DNA of 59,385 nucleotides, taken from NCBI GenBank assembly GCA_000697335.1, contig JNEM01011972.1, forward strand, positions 1-59,385. The letters are read 5' to 3'. This stretch comes from Conidiobolus incongruus B7586. Its lineage: Eukaryota. This document shows positions 38,347-52,511 of the stretch, in pieces. The notes under the pieces are model-generated. The model saw nothing but the letters and a program-made list of their open reading frames with translations, made no database searches and was not told the DNA's origin. Position numbers and translations under genes: made by a program. Within the stretch, counting starts at the first letter, position 1, and each line of letters starts with the position of its first letter.

Positions 38347-40419
38347 TTAAGGAGCACAGCGGCCAGTGAAACGAGGATATAGACAAGTTTCACGGACAGA
38401 GTAACGGTTACATAACCAGGCCAAAATACGTTCAATACCGAGACCGTAACCACCGTGTGGAGAAGAACCATATTTGCGTTGATCAATGTACCTAAAAAAA
38501 CAATCAGTATATGCATGAATAGGAATATATAAGACGGCTTACCAGTAGTAAGGCTTAGGATCAATTCCTTCTCTTTCGAAGCCTTTCATCAATTCATCAA
38601 CAGTGTCAATTCTCATACTACCACCAACGATTTCACCAACACCGGGCATGAGGACATCGACGGATTCAGTAACACGGTTGTCATGAGGAGCACGACGCAT
38701 GTAGAAGGACTTGATTTCAGCAGGGAAGTGAATCAACATAATAGGACGGTTGATCTTGTCAGTCATAGCACGTTCAGGAGCTTCGGGAATATCTTCACCC
38801 CATTGGTATTCACTGCCATCTTCCTTTCTGATACCGTTGTCTTTGAGGTATTTAATGGCATCACCGTAGTCCATACGCATGAAAGGACGAGAGGGAGGTT
38901 GGAAGCCGGGGTTCAATTGTTCGACCAAAGCCTTGATTTCAGGGTCCTTGAGGAGATCTTCAATGGTCTCGCAAATGAGATCTTCAATGTGGTTCAAGAA
39001 TTCCTCGAAGCTAATGAAAGGCAGTTCACCTTCTAAGTGAGAGAATCTAGAAATGGCCATATTAATAATGCGTATATTAAATGCAAAATAGATAACTTAC
39101 TGAGATAAATGACGACGAGTTCTAGACTTTTCGGCACGATAAGATTCAGCAATACAGTAAACTTTACCAAGAGCAGGGAGACAAGTTTCAAGGTAAAGTT
39201 GGGATGATTGGGTAAGGTAGGCCATTTCACCATAGTAGTCCAAGCCGAATAAAGTGGAACCACCTTCGACTTGAGTTTGGACGAGACAAGGAGGGTTGAC
39301 TTCAATGAAACCGTGATCATCAAAGTAGTTGCGGAAAGATCTCAACAACTTAGCGCGGACCTTGAGGACGGCGGAAGCAGTTTCACCACGGATGACTAAA
39401 TGACGTTGGTTCAATAAGACGTCCTTATCAGATTCCTATAGAATATGTGTTAATTTTGGCCATTGTTGTATAATGGTAATAGTATAATTACTTCGTTCAA
39501 TTTGTTGCTGAAAGCTTCATCACCACCAGGAGCCTTGGAGATGACTTCCCAGTAGTCGGCAACTAATTCGTGGTTGCCAGGAGCCTAAAGTCAAATTAGA
39601 AAAATTATATAAATGGCAAAATTAATACTGCTTACAGTCTTTCCTTCAGGGAGTTCAGTAATAACACCATAGACAGTGATGGTGGATTCTAAAGTCAAAG
39701 TCAAGGCATCATAGGTGTGACACTAGATATATTGATCAGATAGCGAATAAAAAGATTTTGGAAATTAGCTTACCAAGCGGTTGTTCAAGACACATTGGAG
39801 ATAACCAGTACCATCTCTTAAGACGATGAACATCATGTCTTTACCCTGAACTCTTAAACGGTGAACCCAACCGGAGACAGCGACACGTTGACCACGGCTA
39901 GCAGTGCTTTGAACGATTTCGATCTAGAAAAATGGAATCAGAACAGCCCAATTAAAAATAAAAATATAGTTACTTTCTTAGCTTGAGGTAAGGAAGGATC
40001 TTGTTCAAGAACAATGCTCTTGGATTCTTCGAGCTTTTGTTCTTCTTCTTTAGCCTTAGCAGCAGCGGCTTCAGCGTTCAATTTAGCTTGTTCTTGTTGT
40101 TTCTTTTCCTTCTTTAACAAGACATCAAGGTTCTTCTTAGCTTTCTTTAAGGCGGCACCGGAAATGGGTTGGTAACCTTCTTCAGTACCCTTATGGACGG
40201 AAATTTTAATGTTTTCACCATGGGCTTGAAGAGCCTTAAGGGGAGTTTGGTAAGGGGCGTCAACAGTTCCGTTTCCGGTTTCGTCTGAACCAGAGACTTC
40301 GTGGACGAAGACTATATAATAAGATCAATATATTTGAAAATATTTAAGTTTAATTTTTATTTACTTTCAGTTAATTGGATATCGCTGATTTCTTTGGCAA
40401 TTTGATCAGGAGTGGCCAT
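38347..40419 (-). CDS. DED81: Cytosolic asparaginyl-tRNA synthetase, about 8 exons
   Basis: Eukaryotic N-terminal extension ([18 protein letters not shown]), OB fold [65 protein letters not shown]-terminus [10 protein letters not shown]. Confidence 0.96.
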
Positions 40420-41839
40420 ATTTCTAAATTCAATATAAATGATTAGTTAGTTTGCTGCTTTTCAATTTATATTGATATATATATATTATGTTTAAATTGA
40501 ATATAATATATTATATAATGAATGGATCAACCTACGTTATAATTGATGTAACAAATGATACAATCACCACTATTCTGAAATTTTTTAATAAACCTTCAAG
40601 TCATTTGGCGTTTTTATAATTATGGGATATAGACTAAATAAAGTAAATTTGCTCCACTTTTCCTTATATATATATATATCATATATCTTCTTTATATGGT
40701 AATATTGATAACATTTTCTCAGTTTATATATAATGAAAAATTGATTGAAAACTTGAAAAAATTATTATAAAGTTACTTGAAATAGAAATTTTTATTAAAA
40801 ATTTTAAATAATCTTTTAATAATTAGTATAAAATATATAAATATTTATCATTAAATTCCATAATGTCAATTATAACTATACTTTTTCTATTTAAAATAAT
40901 TTGAAAATATACAAATTTGAATAATTAATAATCAATGTCAAATATTCTATTGAGTATAGATGATTTAAGAATAGTCATATGAAATATGAAAGTTTATTTA
41001 ATCCACTACTATGACATGCTGATCCAAGGATCCATTATTGATAATGATATTGATTATTAGGGGTGGATTAAATATAGAATCTATTGATCAATATATGAAT
41101 ATATATAATGGACGTTAAAACTTAAATATATAGTATACACTTCAAACAGTTAGTTAAACATATTAGATTTTCATCACATAGTTAAACTTGAAATAGCAAT
41201 AGATAAAATAATTCGATTATTTACAAATCAATTAAAAATTTGAAAATCATGGGGATATTCGACGATTTAATCTTTTATACTATATTGAATATTTGTTTAG
41301 GAATTAATTATTAAATCATAATACTGCTTAATAGAGATAATATACATCTCTACATAGACTGGAGTAAATAGGTTTATCCTTCAACTGTAAAATTTCAGCC
41401 AATGGATAATCTTTGCACTTACAATCATAATGATCATTAACAGTTGAATAATTCATAAATTGGATTTCATTAAAAGAATATGAACTATATATAGTATTAT
41501 CAATATTAATGAATTCGGATATTGCTATGAAATAAATTAGAAAGATATCAAATTGAGAATGAATTTCGATTTTAATCTTGAAACAAATGGCAGAAATTGT
41601 TAAATTAATGTCAGTGCTATATTATTACAGTAAATCAACATATTTTAATTACTTTGTAATGTGCTCTATATATTTAAGTGAATTTATTACAATAGCCAAA
41701 AATTTATATAAAAAATTTTAATTAGATGCAGTATTTTATAATATAATAAAAAAAGAAATAATATTAAAATATATTTATATTTAAATAAACATATTGCAAT
41801 TAAAAATAAACCTGAGCATCACTGTCGATACTCAAGTAA

Positions 41840-43029
41840 TTAATGGTGATAGTTTGAAGGAGGAGGGGGAGGGGGAGGATTGCTAGATGGAGGATAAAAT
41901 CCAGGGCGAGCTGGAGGATAAGAAGGAGGTGGATAGAATGAACCGCCAGTTGGAGGGTGAGGCTGGTAGTAGGTGGACTGAGCAGATGAATTAGGGGCTG
42001 GATATGGGGATTGAGGATAGCTTTGTGAAGATGCTGGAGGATAGTGGGGTTGGGATTGAGTATTGCTAGGTGGGTATTGAGAAGGGGGTTGTGATGGCGC
42101 AGAAGGGGTATGAGTATTAGTTGGAGGGTAATGAGGCTGATTTGGTGCTTGAGTAGGGTGCACAGGATTAGAAGAATTATTGGAAGCAATAGGAGCGGAT
42201 GGGGCTGAGGGTGCCGATGGAGCAGCTGATGCAGGAGGAGGTTGAGCCTTAGTTTCAGTTAATGGATCAAAGATTTTGGCTAAGGTAAAGGTTACCAAAT
42301 GCGAAGTGAATTAATATATTAATTATATTTACTTGATTCCGAAGTATTGTCTTGCTTGGAGTTAATATTTGAATTATTCAATTGATTAGCCAAAGAAGGA
42401 TCTTTTTTAATTAATAAATTAAGTTTGTTGTCCAAATCAAGTAGCATGTGCTTAAGTTCAAGAACTTGTAAACCAGAGGGGTTGAAAGGAGATTTAAGTG
42501 AAAAGGCGTCATCAGGATAGGGTGCAGTTTGAGAATCTTTACAATAAATTTTAGCAATAAGAAATATAACTGAAAAATATTAAAATTACCAAATACATGA
42601 ACCTTCAAAGTAGAGCCAAAGCTTAAAGCAATAGAAAGGTCATTATCATCGTTTAAATTAACTAAATCCTGGTCTGAAAATATGTTAATGAATATCATAT
42701 AGGTAAAAATAATATAAATAATGTATTATTACCTTCATCTAAATAAAATAATTTCAAATTATTCACATTATTTGATAGTGAGTTTTTGAGATGACGCTGA
42801 ATTAGGAAGCATAATCTAAAAAACCTTTGAATATATGTAGTACAAATAGTGGACATAATACTCACTCATCATAAGTAGGTTGATTAGGAACTATAATTCT
42901 TTTAACTTGGTTTTTGAATTTAAGTTTAATATGTAAACCATTTAAACCTTGATTCGGTAGCATTTGTCTCAAATTCTGATACTTGGAATCGTTTAAAGTA
43001 CTGTGTTGATTTTGAAATAAGTCTGACAT
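41840..43029 (-). CDS. TFG-like protein (PB1 domain, coiled coil, P/Q/S/Y-rich tail), 5 exons (43029-42866, 42815-42733, 42673-42590, 42536-42333, 42279-41840)
   Basis: Spliced protein LHIKLKFKNQVKRIIVPNQPTYDELCFLIQR...LFYLDEDQDLVNLNDDNDLSIALSFGSTLKVHVF, then heptad LKHMLLDLDNKLNLLI, FDPL, and a proline/tyrosine-rich C-terminus. Confidence 0.78.
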
Positions 43030-43977
43030 TAAAATAATTAATTCTTTAACAGAATGAAAAAATATTATTCAATTTCATACAGAGATGGTGATGCAATTGA
43101 CTTTATATTCAGGAATATTTGTGGGACGGCTTTTTGGATTTAAAAAATTCTGACAAGTTGAATTATTATTGGTGAGGTATTTATTTCAACTGCCAACAAT
43201 TACAATAATAAACTAAATTCATCAATTTAACTCATTAGAATCAATTTTTTATTCTAAATACAAAATGAAACATGATTTTTCAAAATAAATAAATTAGATA
43301 TACAATTCCATTCTATATATTATATAACAATAAACGATATACCATAATTATTAAATTAATTAAAATTAAACAGAATCAATTTTGTAATACAGATGGCACA
43401 CTTGAAATGAATAGTGGAAATTAGTCAATTGTTTTATATCACTCAATTGTTCAAATTATCATAAGTATATCATACAAGGAATGATTATCATACTATAATT
43501 CATGATGCTATTTTGAAGAAAATAATTAGTTACTTTAATCTTAAAATAATCAAAAATTAATTTTTAAAATTATGTTTTTAAGTTGTAAAGATTATTTAGT
43601 ATTGTTATATGATTTCTCATTGATTTTTATATTTAATTGATTGGTTAAATACCAGCTAATTTCAGCAGGTTCATCTGTAATTAAGTTATGATGATTAAGA
43701 AATTTAGAATATCAAAAATAATTGTTATTTCCATGTAAGTACTAAAAATTCCATAATACTACAGTTCTTCTTTCATATTAAAGTATCAAGTTCAGTTGTT
43801 GAAATTCACATATTGAAATGATGACTATTGTTGATTAATTAAAATTTATTCTAAATATTTGTAAAATATAAATACTATTCTGATGAAATTAGTTAAAATA
43901 TTAATTCAAAATGCAGTACTAAGCTAATATTAAAGTATGAACAATATATGTTAATTTAATTGAGTCAACCAGTAATA

Positions 43978-44379
43978 TCCATATATATATATATAGGTTT
44001 GCTTGAACTTCTTTTAGTAATTTCATCCTTTTAGAGGTGAAAAAGTATTAATATTGAGGGACAGGAGAATTTTGTATCAAGTTTCAAATAAATTTTAATT
44101 GGTAATAAGTGAATTTATTGTATTAACAAAAATTATTAATTTATAAAATCAGTGATCTTAATATATAAATAAAATCAGAATGATGATAATGATGTATATC
44201 AAAAAAAATAAATAGCAATGATACAGCCATATAAAAATCAATTTCCCATTAATTTGAATATGAATAACTTCAAATAAAATTAACACATAATACTAGATAT
44301 ATATTATCCAGATTATTTATATTAAATACAACGCAAGAATAATATCATTTTATAAAGGGTGTGCGCGACCCGGATCTAG
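43978..44379 (+). mobile_element. Candidate non-autonomous Helitron (402 bp)
   Basis: Starts A|TC followed by CATATATATA. Ends with the GC-rich hairpin GGGT-GTGCGCG-ACCC (44357-44371), then GGAT CTAG|T. Insertion between A and T with no TSD. The 5' boundary is tentative. Confidence 0.45.
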
Positions 44380-44964
44380 TCAAATTAATGCATATAAATA
44401 ACAATAATAATAATAGAATAAATTTAATAAATATTAGAGTGAAAAATTTTAGCATAGCATTCAAGATAGATAAATATTATAACTTTTTTAATATATTTCC
44501 ATGAATTCACTTATACTATATATTAAATGAACTAATTTGTCAGATATGTTAATAATTAAATGTAAAATAATAATCAAAATTATATAAACTTAAAGATATC
44601 CACTATTAAAAGTATAAAGATATTAAAACCATAATATCTTGATTAATTGTAAAATTAAAATTAATTATTAACCATTGAATATCTGTAGTGTAAAATAGTA
44701 TGACATTGATAAAATATGGTATACATTTTAAATTCAGGAACGGTTAAATGTATTGAAATAAATATACGATTTGAAAAATAATACAAATATATATAAACTT
44801 TTAAAAATTATTAAAACAAAATAATGAGAATGTAGAAAGTAGAAATGTATCTATTGTTATATATATGGATCCAAAAAGTCCCCAAATTTCTGTTAGTATG
44901 AAAATATATATTAAAATGATTAGAATAAAAAAATGAAAAAAGTCAAAACTTATGTATGAGCAAT

Positions 44965-47126
44965 CTACTTTTTTAAGTCCAGTATCACCACCTAAATGAT
45001 TGAATTAATATTATGTTAAAAAAAGATGAAAAAACAAACCGTATAATCAGATAGACAAGCAGCGATCAGATCTCCTGTAGGACTCCAGTCTACTTCGAAT
45101 ATCCCACTATTTCCTTTATAAGTTTTTACAATGGATCCATCCTAATATCAAAATACATCAACGGTTGTTTGATTTATAAGAGTATTAAAACTATTACCTC
45201 AACTGACCAAATATGAAGTGTATGATCCCATGAAGCGCTTGCAATATACTTGGCATCAGGGCTAAATGCAATAGAGTATACAGGCTCAGTGTGGCCCTGC
45301 AGTTTATGAAGACATTCACCTGTAGTTGGATCCCATAATCGTGAAGTACAGTCAAATGATGCTCTAAACATAAATTGGTATAAATTCAAAAAAAAATCAT
45401 TAACAAAGAAAATTTACGTTGCTAAAATAGATTTTGAATTAGGATTATCGCTGTTGATAGGACTCCATGCAATAGTGTAGATTTCTTTTTCATGACCAAC
45501 TAAATTAACTATAGGAGTATCAGATTCCAAATCCCAGATCTATGGTAAAATTAGATAATTAAAATATAATGAAATAGAAAAATAATACTTTTGCAGTGAA
45601 ATCATCAGAGCACGAAGCTAAATATTTTTTCGTTGGATCCCATTTAATGGTGTTGACTTCACTCTATATTAATGTTATTGTGAAATGAAATTATGCTAAT
45701 ATATATTCTAAACATTACTTTATGACCTAAGAAAGTTTTGATTGGTTTAGAAGATCCCACTTTATATACATATATAGATTTATCTGATGAACAGGAGGCA
45801 AATGTAGAATTGTCAAGCCAATCAAGGTCCATAGCGGCAGCTAATTAAAATATATTAATTGAATAAACAATAATAGCATATTTTTTCACATACCAGTGTG
45901 ATTTTTGAGTTGTTGTTTCATCTCACCATTGGTTGTATCCCAAACTATAATCGTATTATCAGCACTTGCCGTTATTAGAAGGGATTCCTTCTTATTCCAT
46001 TTTAATGAGAAAATAGGGCCAGTATGCTTATCTAACACAAATTTTAAATCACCTGAAGATGTCCAAATACGCGCTTGTCCATCATAAGATCCAGTAGCTA
46101 AGCAAGTGCCGCTAGACTAATAAAATGATTTAGTGAATAAGAAGAAATAATAATATATAGTATAATTACATTCCAATCAAGGGTAGTAACATCTTTGTTT
46201 TCATTAGATGTTGGTTGATGATTAAGAATGATATAGTTTTCTGATTGAAGGGATGAAGAAGACAAATTCCATATGCGAACTGTAGAATCTCCAGATCTAA
46301 AATAAAATATAAGATTAAGATTAATAAAATTAAAAATGTTAAAAAGTACCCAGAAGCAACACAATAAGGATTAGAAGGGTTCCAAGCACAGACAAACACC
46401 TATAAATATATTAATTTTGATACAAACCAGATCTATATGTTAGGTTACCTCAGCTTGGTGACCCGTAAGTATAAGTGAATTAAGAGAGGTACTTGAAGAA
46501 TTTTGTTTCGATTTTTTAGGTTCTAAATCTATAATACTTAATAAGAAAAATTGTAAGAAATTTCTAAATTACCTTGGTTATTATTTTCAGATTTACTACT
46601 TTTAATATTAGAATCACTATTCTCTTTACGAATTTTTTTCTCTTTCATTTCAGAGCTTAATTTCTTTTCTTTTTTACTCATATTTGTGAGTAAGTTAGAC
46701 TGAGGCGACTTGGGAATGGGTTTTAATTTGGGTTTTTTGTTAGCTGGCCCTTTATCGAATTTCTCTTCATAGTTACTGTTATTATTGGTACTAATGCTAA
46801 TTTCAGGTAAATCATCCTAAATTCAATTTAATTATCAACTAATTGAAAATTGAATGGATTGAATTTTTACTTTTTCCATCTGCTCTTGTAATTTTTGATA
46901 TAACAGTCCTTGTTGAATTAAGGACACTAAAGCTCCAGGGGGTACAGATTGTTTCTTTTCTTCAAAATCATTTAACCTGCATTCATGATGAAAAGCAAAA
47001 GCACTATGTTGAAATCCTGAATTGAAAATTGTTTAGATCGATTATAGATTTAAAGCGATGGAGTATACCTGATTCTAATAAATATCGATATAGATAACAA
47101 TTAAGGTCATTACTATCAAACTTCAT
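44965..47126 (-). CDS. SIF2: TBL1/SIF2-like LisH + WD40 protein (Set3C/NCoR complex subunit), multi-exon
   Basis: Lis[29 protein letters not shown]...[16 protein letters not shown] repeats [54 protein letters not shown]. Ends VVILDLKK*. Confidence 0.92.
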
Positions 47127-49674
47127 ATTTGATATTTTCATTTAAAAATAATTAGTAAAGAAACCCAGTTGGGGCGATAGGGCGGACTTGAGCAATGATG
47201 TTAAGTGAATATGAATGTAAATAAAATTGTATTAATGGGTTAGTTTAATTGGATGAGTCCTTAATCAATAGTATATATACTTGAATTAATGGGAATTTTT
47301 TACAGATAAAAATCATGCAATTATGAATAATTATAATTTACTAAGTTCAATCAGATCGAATTTCAATTTTGAATTTCTAGATTTAGTAATATTATCAAAT
47401 AGTACTCATCATAATCACCAAAATATATCTAAGGAGGTATAAGAAATTCAATGTAAGTATGACATTGTATCTTGGAAATAGAGATTGTTGTTGAAACTAA
47501 TATAACGATTCACCCTCTTGTGAAATGTAAAGCTATAAATATTTCTACCAATTAGTGGAACTTTTTTCTTATCATGATCACTCAAAATTTCTCAATTGAA
47601 ATAACCTCGTTAAAATTTCAAACAAATAATTATAATATTCTTAAAAGTAAACATAATTAATTTAAATCATCAAATAAATTCTTTTAACACGATGATTCAC
47701 TCGAGAGAAGATATATTTTCAGTTACCTTTATTCGAATGTAGTTAATAGATAATTTTTGTTAATTAGTTTTTTATTTTAATGAAGGATTTTGTACTTGAA
47801 TAATAAAATTCATTTTCGATATAATTTAAATAAGATATTATTAGTACAGTTATAATGCATCATAATGTCAAAATTATTAAATATAATACTAAGCAAATGA
47901 AGCAAAAAATAAAATTATCCTATTATCGATTGATCTGTAAGCATATTTCACATTCAATAATTAGTAGGATAAATTATAAAAATATATTATGGATTTTTAT
48001 TAAACTGCTTATATATGTAAAATTTTCAATATTTGGGAGAGTATATCATATATCCTCTATGCTTGAATTTTTTTAAATATTTGGTGTACTATTTTTGACA
48101 AGTATTATAATAATTATATTATCTGATTCTTAATATATAACCGCATCAAAGTTAATAACATTTACTATAGAATCTCAAATTTCTATTTATCTGTCGATTA
48201 AAGTAGATTTGAGATATAGTGATATGAGATGAATATTCCTAATTAAAATCTTAATATTCATTAATATAGCCAGGTTTGAAAAGTAAGTTTAAAAGAATTC
48301 TAAAGTGATAAAACTTTCTGTTTGGCTGAATAAACTGAGAAATAAAATGAATATTGTTTTAAAAATTAATATTCAAAAAAAATTGTTATTAATATGTATT
48401 CATATTACGGATTCACTCCTCATTTAAAGCATTTATGCATATCAGACAATATTTTTAAATATTTAAGATGTCCTATCTTGAAAATGTTTATGAATAGGAT
48501 TACAGCCCTTCAGTATTATATATTTAAAATATTGAATAATTTTCTATAGAGCTGAGTTAATACATTTTTCAATTTTTTGAAATAATCATACAGAATCAAT
48601 ATCTTAATAAGTTTGATATGAATATTTATTTGCCCAAACCTTAAATTTGCAAAATTCAAATTTTATTTAAATCAAATGATAAAAAAATGAATACAGTATC
48701 TCCATAAATTCTTGTTATAACAAATTTAATCTGCATTTGTTAAAAAAGAAATATTCATCATTATATTTATTTCGATAGCAGATTGTTCGTTTGATAAAAT
48801 TAAACAATTAAATATTGAAAATACATTTATATTGAATATCTTGTTGAAAAGGGTATTCAATGTTTTATTATTGATTACAAAATTTAAGCTCAATTGATGG
48901 ATTTATTTATATGAGAAAAATATTGCTAATGATAAATGATAACAATCTACGAATGGAATATATTTGTAATAATATACTTGCATCAAAATAATTAATGTTT
49001 AAAGTTATTTTGAATTGAATCAATCAGTAATTGTAATGTTTAATGGTTATGGAAATAATTGTATATAAAAAAATAGAAAAAATTTACAAAAAAGTATTAT
49101 TCAAATTGGATAAATTCAATATCAGCCTTGATTTGGATTATAATGCATAATATATAATACAGAGTATTTAGTATAAAGGTTTGAAATGAGAAAACAAATG
49201 AAATATCAATCGTTATCAAAGAATATGCTGATTATGGCAAAAGAAGAAATAATGGAGCATGCTGTGTCATGCAAATTATGTGATTTTATACTGATATCAT
49301 TTATTTGAAGAAAATAACTAAAGTAAGCTGATATTCTACTTTGATCAGTAAAATCGTAACTATTAGCATTTTTACTGATTCAATACATAATCAATTGGAG
49401 TAAATATAGAGAAGTGATATTCGAAAGGGGCCTTTAAAAAAGCGTTAATGATTTAGCTATCACTCGGATAGTTCAATTAATTGGTTATATTATTTAAAAA
49501 TATTGAAAAATAGGTCAATATGATTAAATTTCACTCTTCGAATATTTGGTATTAAGATTTAATAACCATAATGTAAAATAAAAAGTTTATAACTGGATAT
49601 ACACTTAATTTATTTTTAATGTATAAATATATATAATACTATATGTGATTTAAGTTTTCAACATTTTTACATTT

Positions 49675-52511
49675 TTAATATACACCTTCCAATTCATTCA
49701 ATGAAGTTTTTATCCTAGTTAAAAAGGACTTGAAATCGGGTTCGATTTTGATCATATAAGGATCAATCTCAAATCCACATTTGCCTTCAACAATTTTGCT
49801 GACTCTATTAGCTACCTCGTCAGTTAAGCCAAGCTGCCATAGCTGTTCTACAGAAGCTTGATCTACATGGGCTTCAATGGGTTGATCGAAGCTTAGATGG
49901 ATAAGAGGTAAAATAGCTTGAGCGATTTCAAACTCATCTGCAGTAGAACTAATCTGCTTAGGCTTGGAAATCGTGAAAGGCAGGCTTCTTGCAATACATT
50001 GGTGAGAGTTACCCAAATGAAGTCGGAATTCAAAAGTACCCCAGTTCCAAGGTAGTCTAGAATTAGTGAATTTAAGTACTTTACCAGCACACTCGGAAGG
50101 AATGGGTAATTTAGCATCGAGATAGAATTCGCTTAATTCTTGAACAGAGTGATCAGGATCATCTTCAGGTCTAGTAAAGAGATATTTACCAGAGGAAGAA
50201 ATAGATGTAAAATGAGGAAACTTATTGGCCACGACGGGGTAAACACCAACCCAGAAGGTTGAATTGGATACATTCTTGGGAAGAGAATATTGAACATTAA
50301 TAGGCTCTCCCAGCTCGTATGTAATATTCGATTTATCAAATACCTTTTCAGATACCAATTCTAAAGTGTAAAGATGAGGGTTTTCAACGTGGAGAGTTTG
50401 AACTGAAAAGCTTTGAACTTTATGATTAAGAAGCTCAACTAATTTGTTGATAGAATGATTTAATATCCTTTCAACTTCAATTAGTCTACCCAATCCTTCT
50501 TTTTGCAATTCTTTAGCAATTGAATTAACCTCATCAATCATTTTGTCGATCAGCTCAAAGGCAATCTGGAGAGAATTCGTGATAGAATCCCAAGCGTCCA
50601 AGTCTTTCAATTTTACGATTAATCTGTCTTTAGCAATATGGACAACGCTCTTGACTCTCTTACTAATACCGCCATCACGTTTAGTACTTTGAATACCATA
50701 AATTTTAGCCATATGAGGTTTTTCGACTTGGTAAAAGAAGATTAAATAGCTGATGTGGGAGAAAAACGCTAAAATATAGATGGATGATGAGTTAGAAATC
50801 AGAGCAATACCCCATAATGACATATGACCCATTATATTACTTGGGTTACTAAGATATCTGTACACACCATGCTGTTTCAATTCGTTGGGATATTGGTCAA
50901 TGAAAAAATCACCAAAGAACCATCCATACTCTCCAATCACTTCATATACTGCATTACTGGTATAAAAATGGATTAAAATCAAAATAACACCAAAGACGCA
51001 GCGAAGGAATGCAGTGGAATTGAAAACGTGTAAGACTGAATAATCCCAGTAAAAGAAAGCGGCCAAAGCAAACGTAGAGTAGGTTAAAATAGTTGTCAAA
51101 TTCTGTAAACTCTTCCAACTAGTGAATGCTTCTTTACTGCTTCCACCGTATTTGATAAAATGCTTAGTGAACCATTTTTCTTTGGATTGGCGAGTTAAAA
51201 CATACATATTTAATCCATAGCTAAGGAGAACACGCCATACAAAAGCTTGGAATAAGCTAAAGTATTTCCAATTTTTTAAAGATCCAAAATTAAACCACCA
51301 ACCAAGCAGAGGAAGTCCAATAGCGTAAGTGATTAAGATAATACTAAACAAATCGCTTGATCTGAACCAATCCAAGTTGCTAAGCCCTACCATATCCCTT
51401 TGAAAGTATTTACGGTGTAAAGTTCTCTTCAGCAGATTGTTATCGACATAATTCTCAGATATATCATCCTGCTGCGAATTAATGGAATTAGAGCATGAAG
51501 CTTCAGATTCACTTATCTCCACTCCTTTTGAATGGGTTTCAGGCTTTAAATGATCATCAGAAGTGGATAAATTGGGAGTAGCAATGTTAGGGTATGCAGG
51601 AGGCTTGTTATAAATTTTGTCGATGTGAGGGTTTTCTACAAAGTGCAAGAACAAAAATTGTAAACAATGGGCAAAGATAGAGCAGTAAAAGACTGTGTAG
51701 CTGGCAGACATTAAACTAATACCATAATAAGCGGCATAGCCGATAGAATACATTGGGTGAGGAGCAATTTCAAAAACACCATCGAAAGTTAGATCGCTTT
51801 GAACTAAGAAGAAGAAATCACCCCAGTACCAAGCGAAATCTTTGACTACTCGATAAGCGTCTACTTTGACAATGAGATTGAACCATACCAAGACAATACC
51901 ACCGAAATAACGTAAGAAATTGAGATACCAAGATGATTTCAAATCCAGATTCCAATAAGTGAGAGCTAAAATAATATAACTTGCAAAATCGTTCACTAGA
52001 ATTAAGTCAACGAGATAGCGATAGATCAGCCAAGAGTTAAATTCAATTGGAACTTGATTATAGTTGTAATCTTCACCCATCTCTACTTCAATTTGTCTCT
52101 TGACCCATTTTCCGAATGATGTTTTATCGTCTAACCAGCCATTCTGCTTGAACCAATTGGTGACCAGTTTTCCGTTACTTTGAATATGAAGAAGGTAACC
52201 TAAGCCAACGTTGTATGCAAGACGCCAAAATACGAAGAAAAATAAGAACACAAATTTTCTCGCTGTTGTGGATAACATTAAGAATAGAACAATTTCGAAA
52301 AGAAGTACGAATAAGGTCAACAGTGTTCCAAATGATTTCGGCTGGGTAGAAAATAGATGATTTAGAACATCTTCGGTTTTCGGTACCTTGAATACTGCTC
52401 TATGTTAATACTATACTACAAATCAAACAATAAATACAATTTACCTTTTCCTTTAGCGGTCTTTCCGTAGAGCACATTAGGATCACTTTTAGTTTCTAGT
52501 TCAGCAGTCAT
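49675..52511 (-). CDS. CHO2: Phosphatidylethanolamine N-methyltransferase, 2 exons (intron 52395-52444)
   Basis: Exon 1 MTAELETKSDPNVLYGKTAKGK|VFKVPKTED. Motifs WRLAYNVGLG, VKVDAYRVVKDFAWYWGDFFF, FEIAPHPMYSIGY, VENPHIDKIY and a second PEMT repeat GEYGWFFGDFF. Confidence 0.95.

Noticed and set aside
41380..41448. 9-bp inverted repeat TTCAACTGT/ACAGTTGAA
   Set aside because: Short and AT-rich with no extension; plausible by chance.
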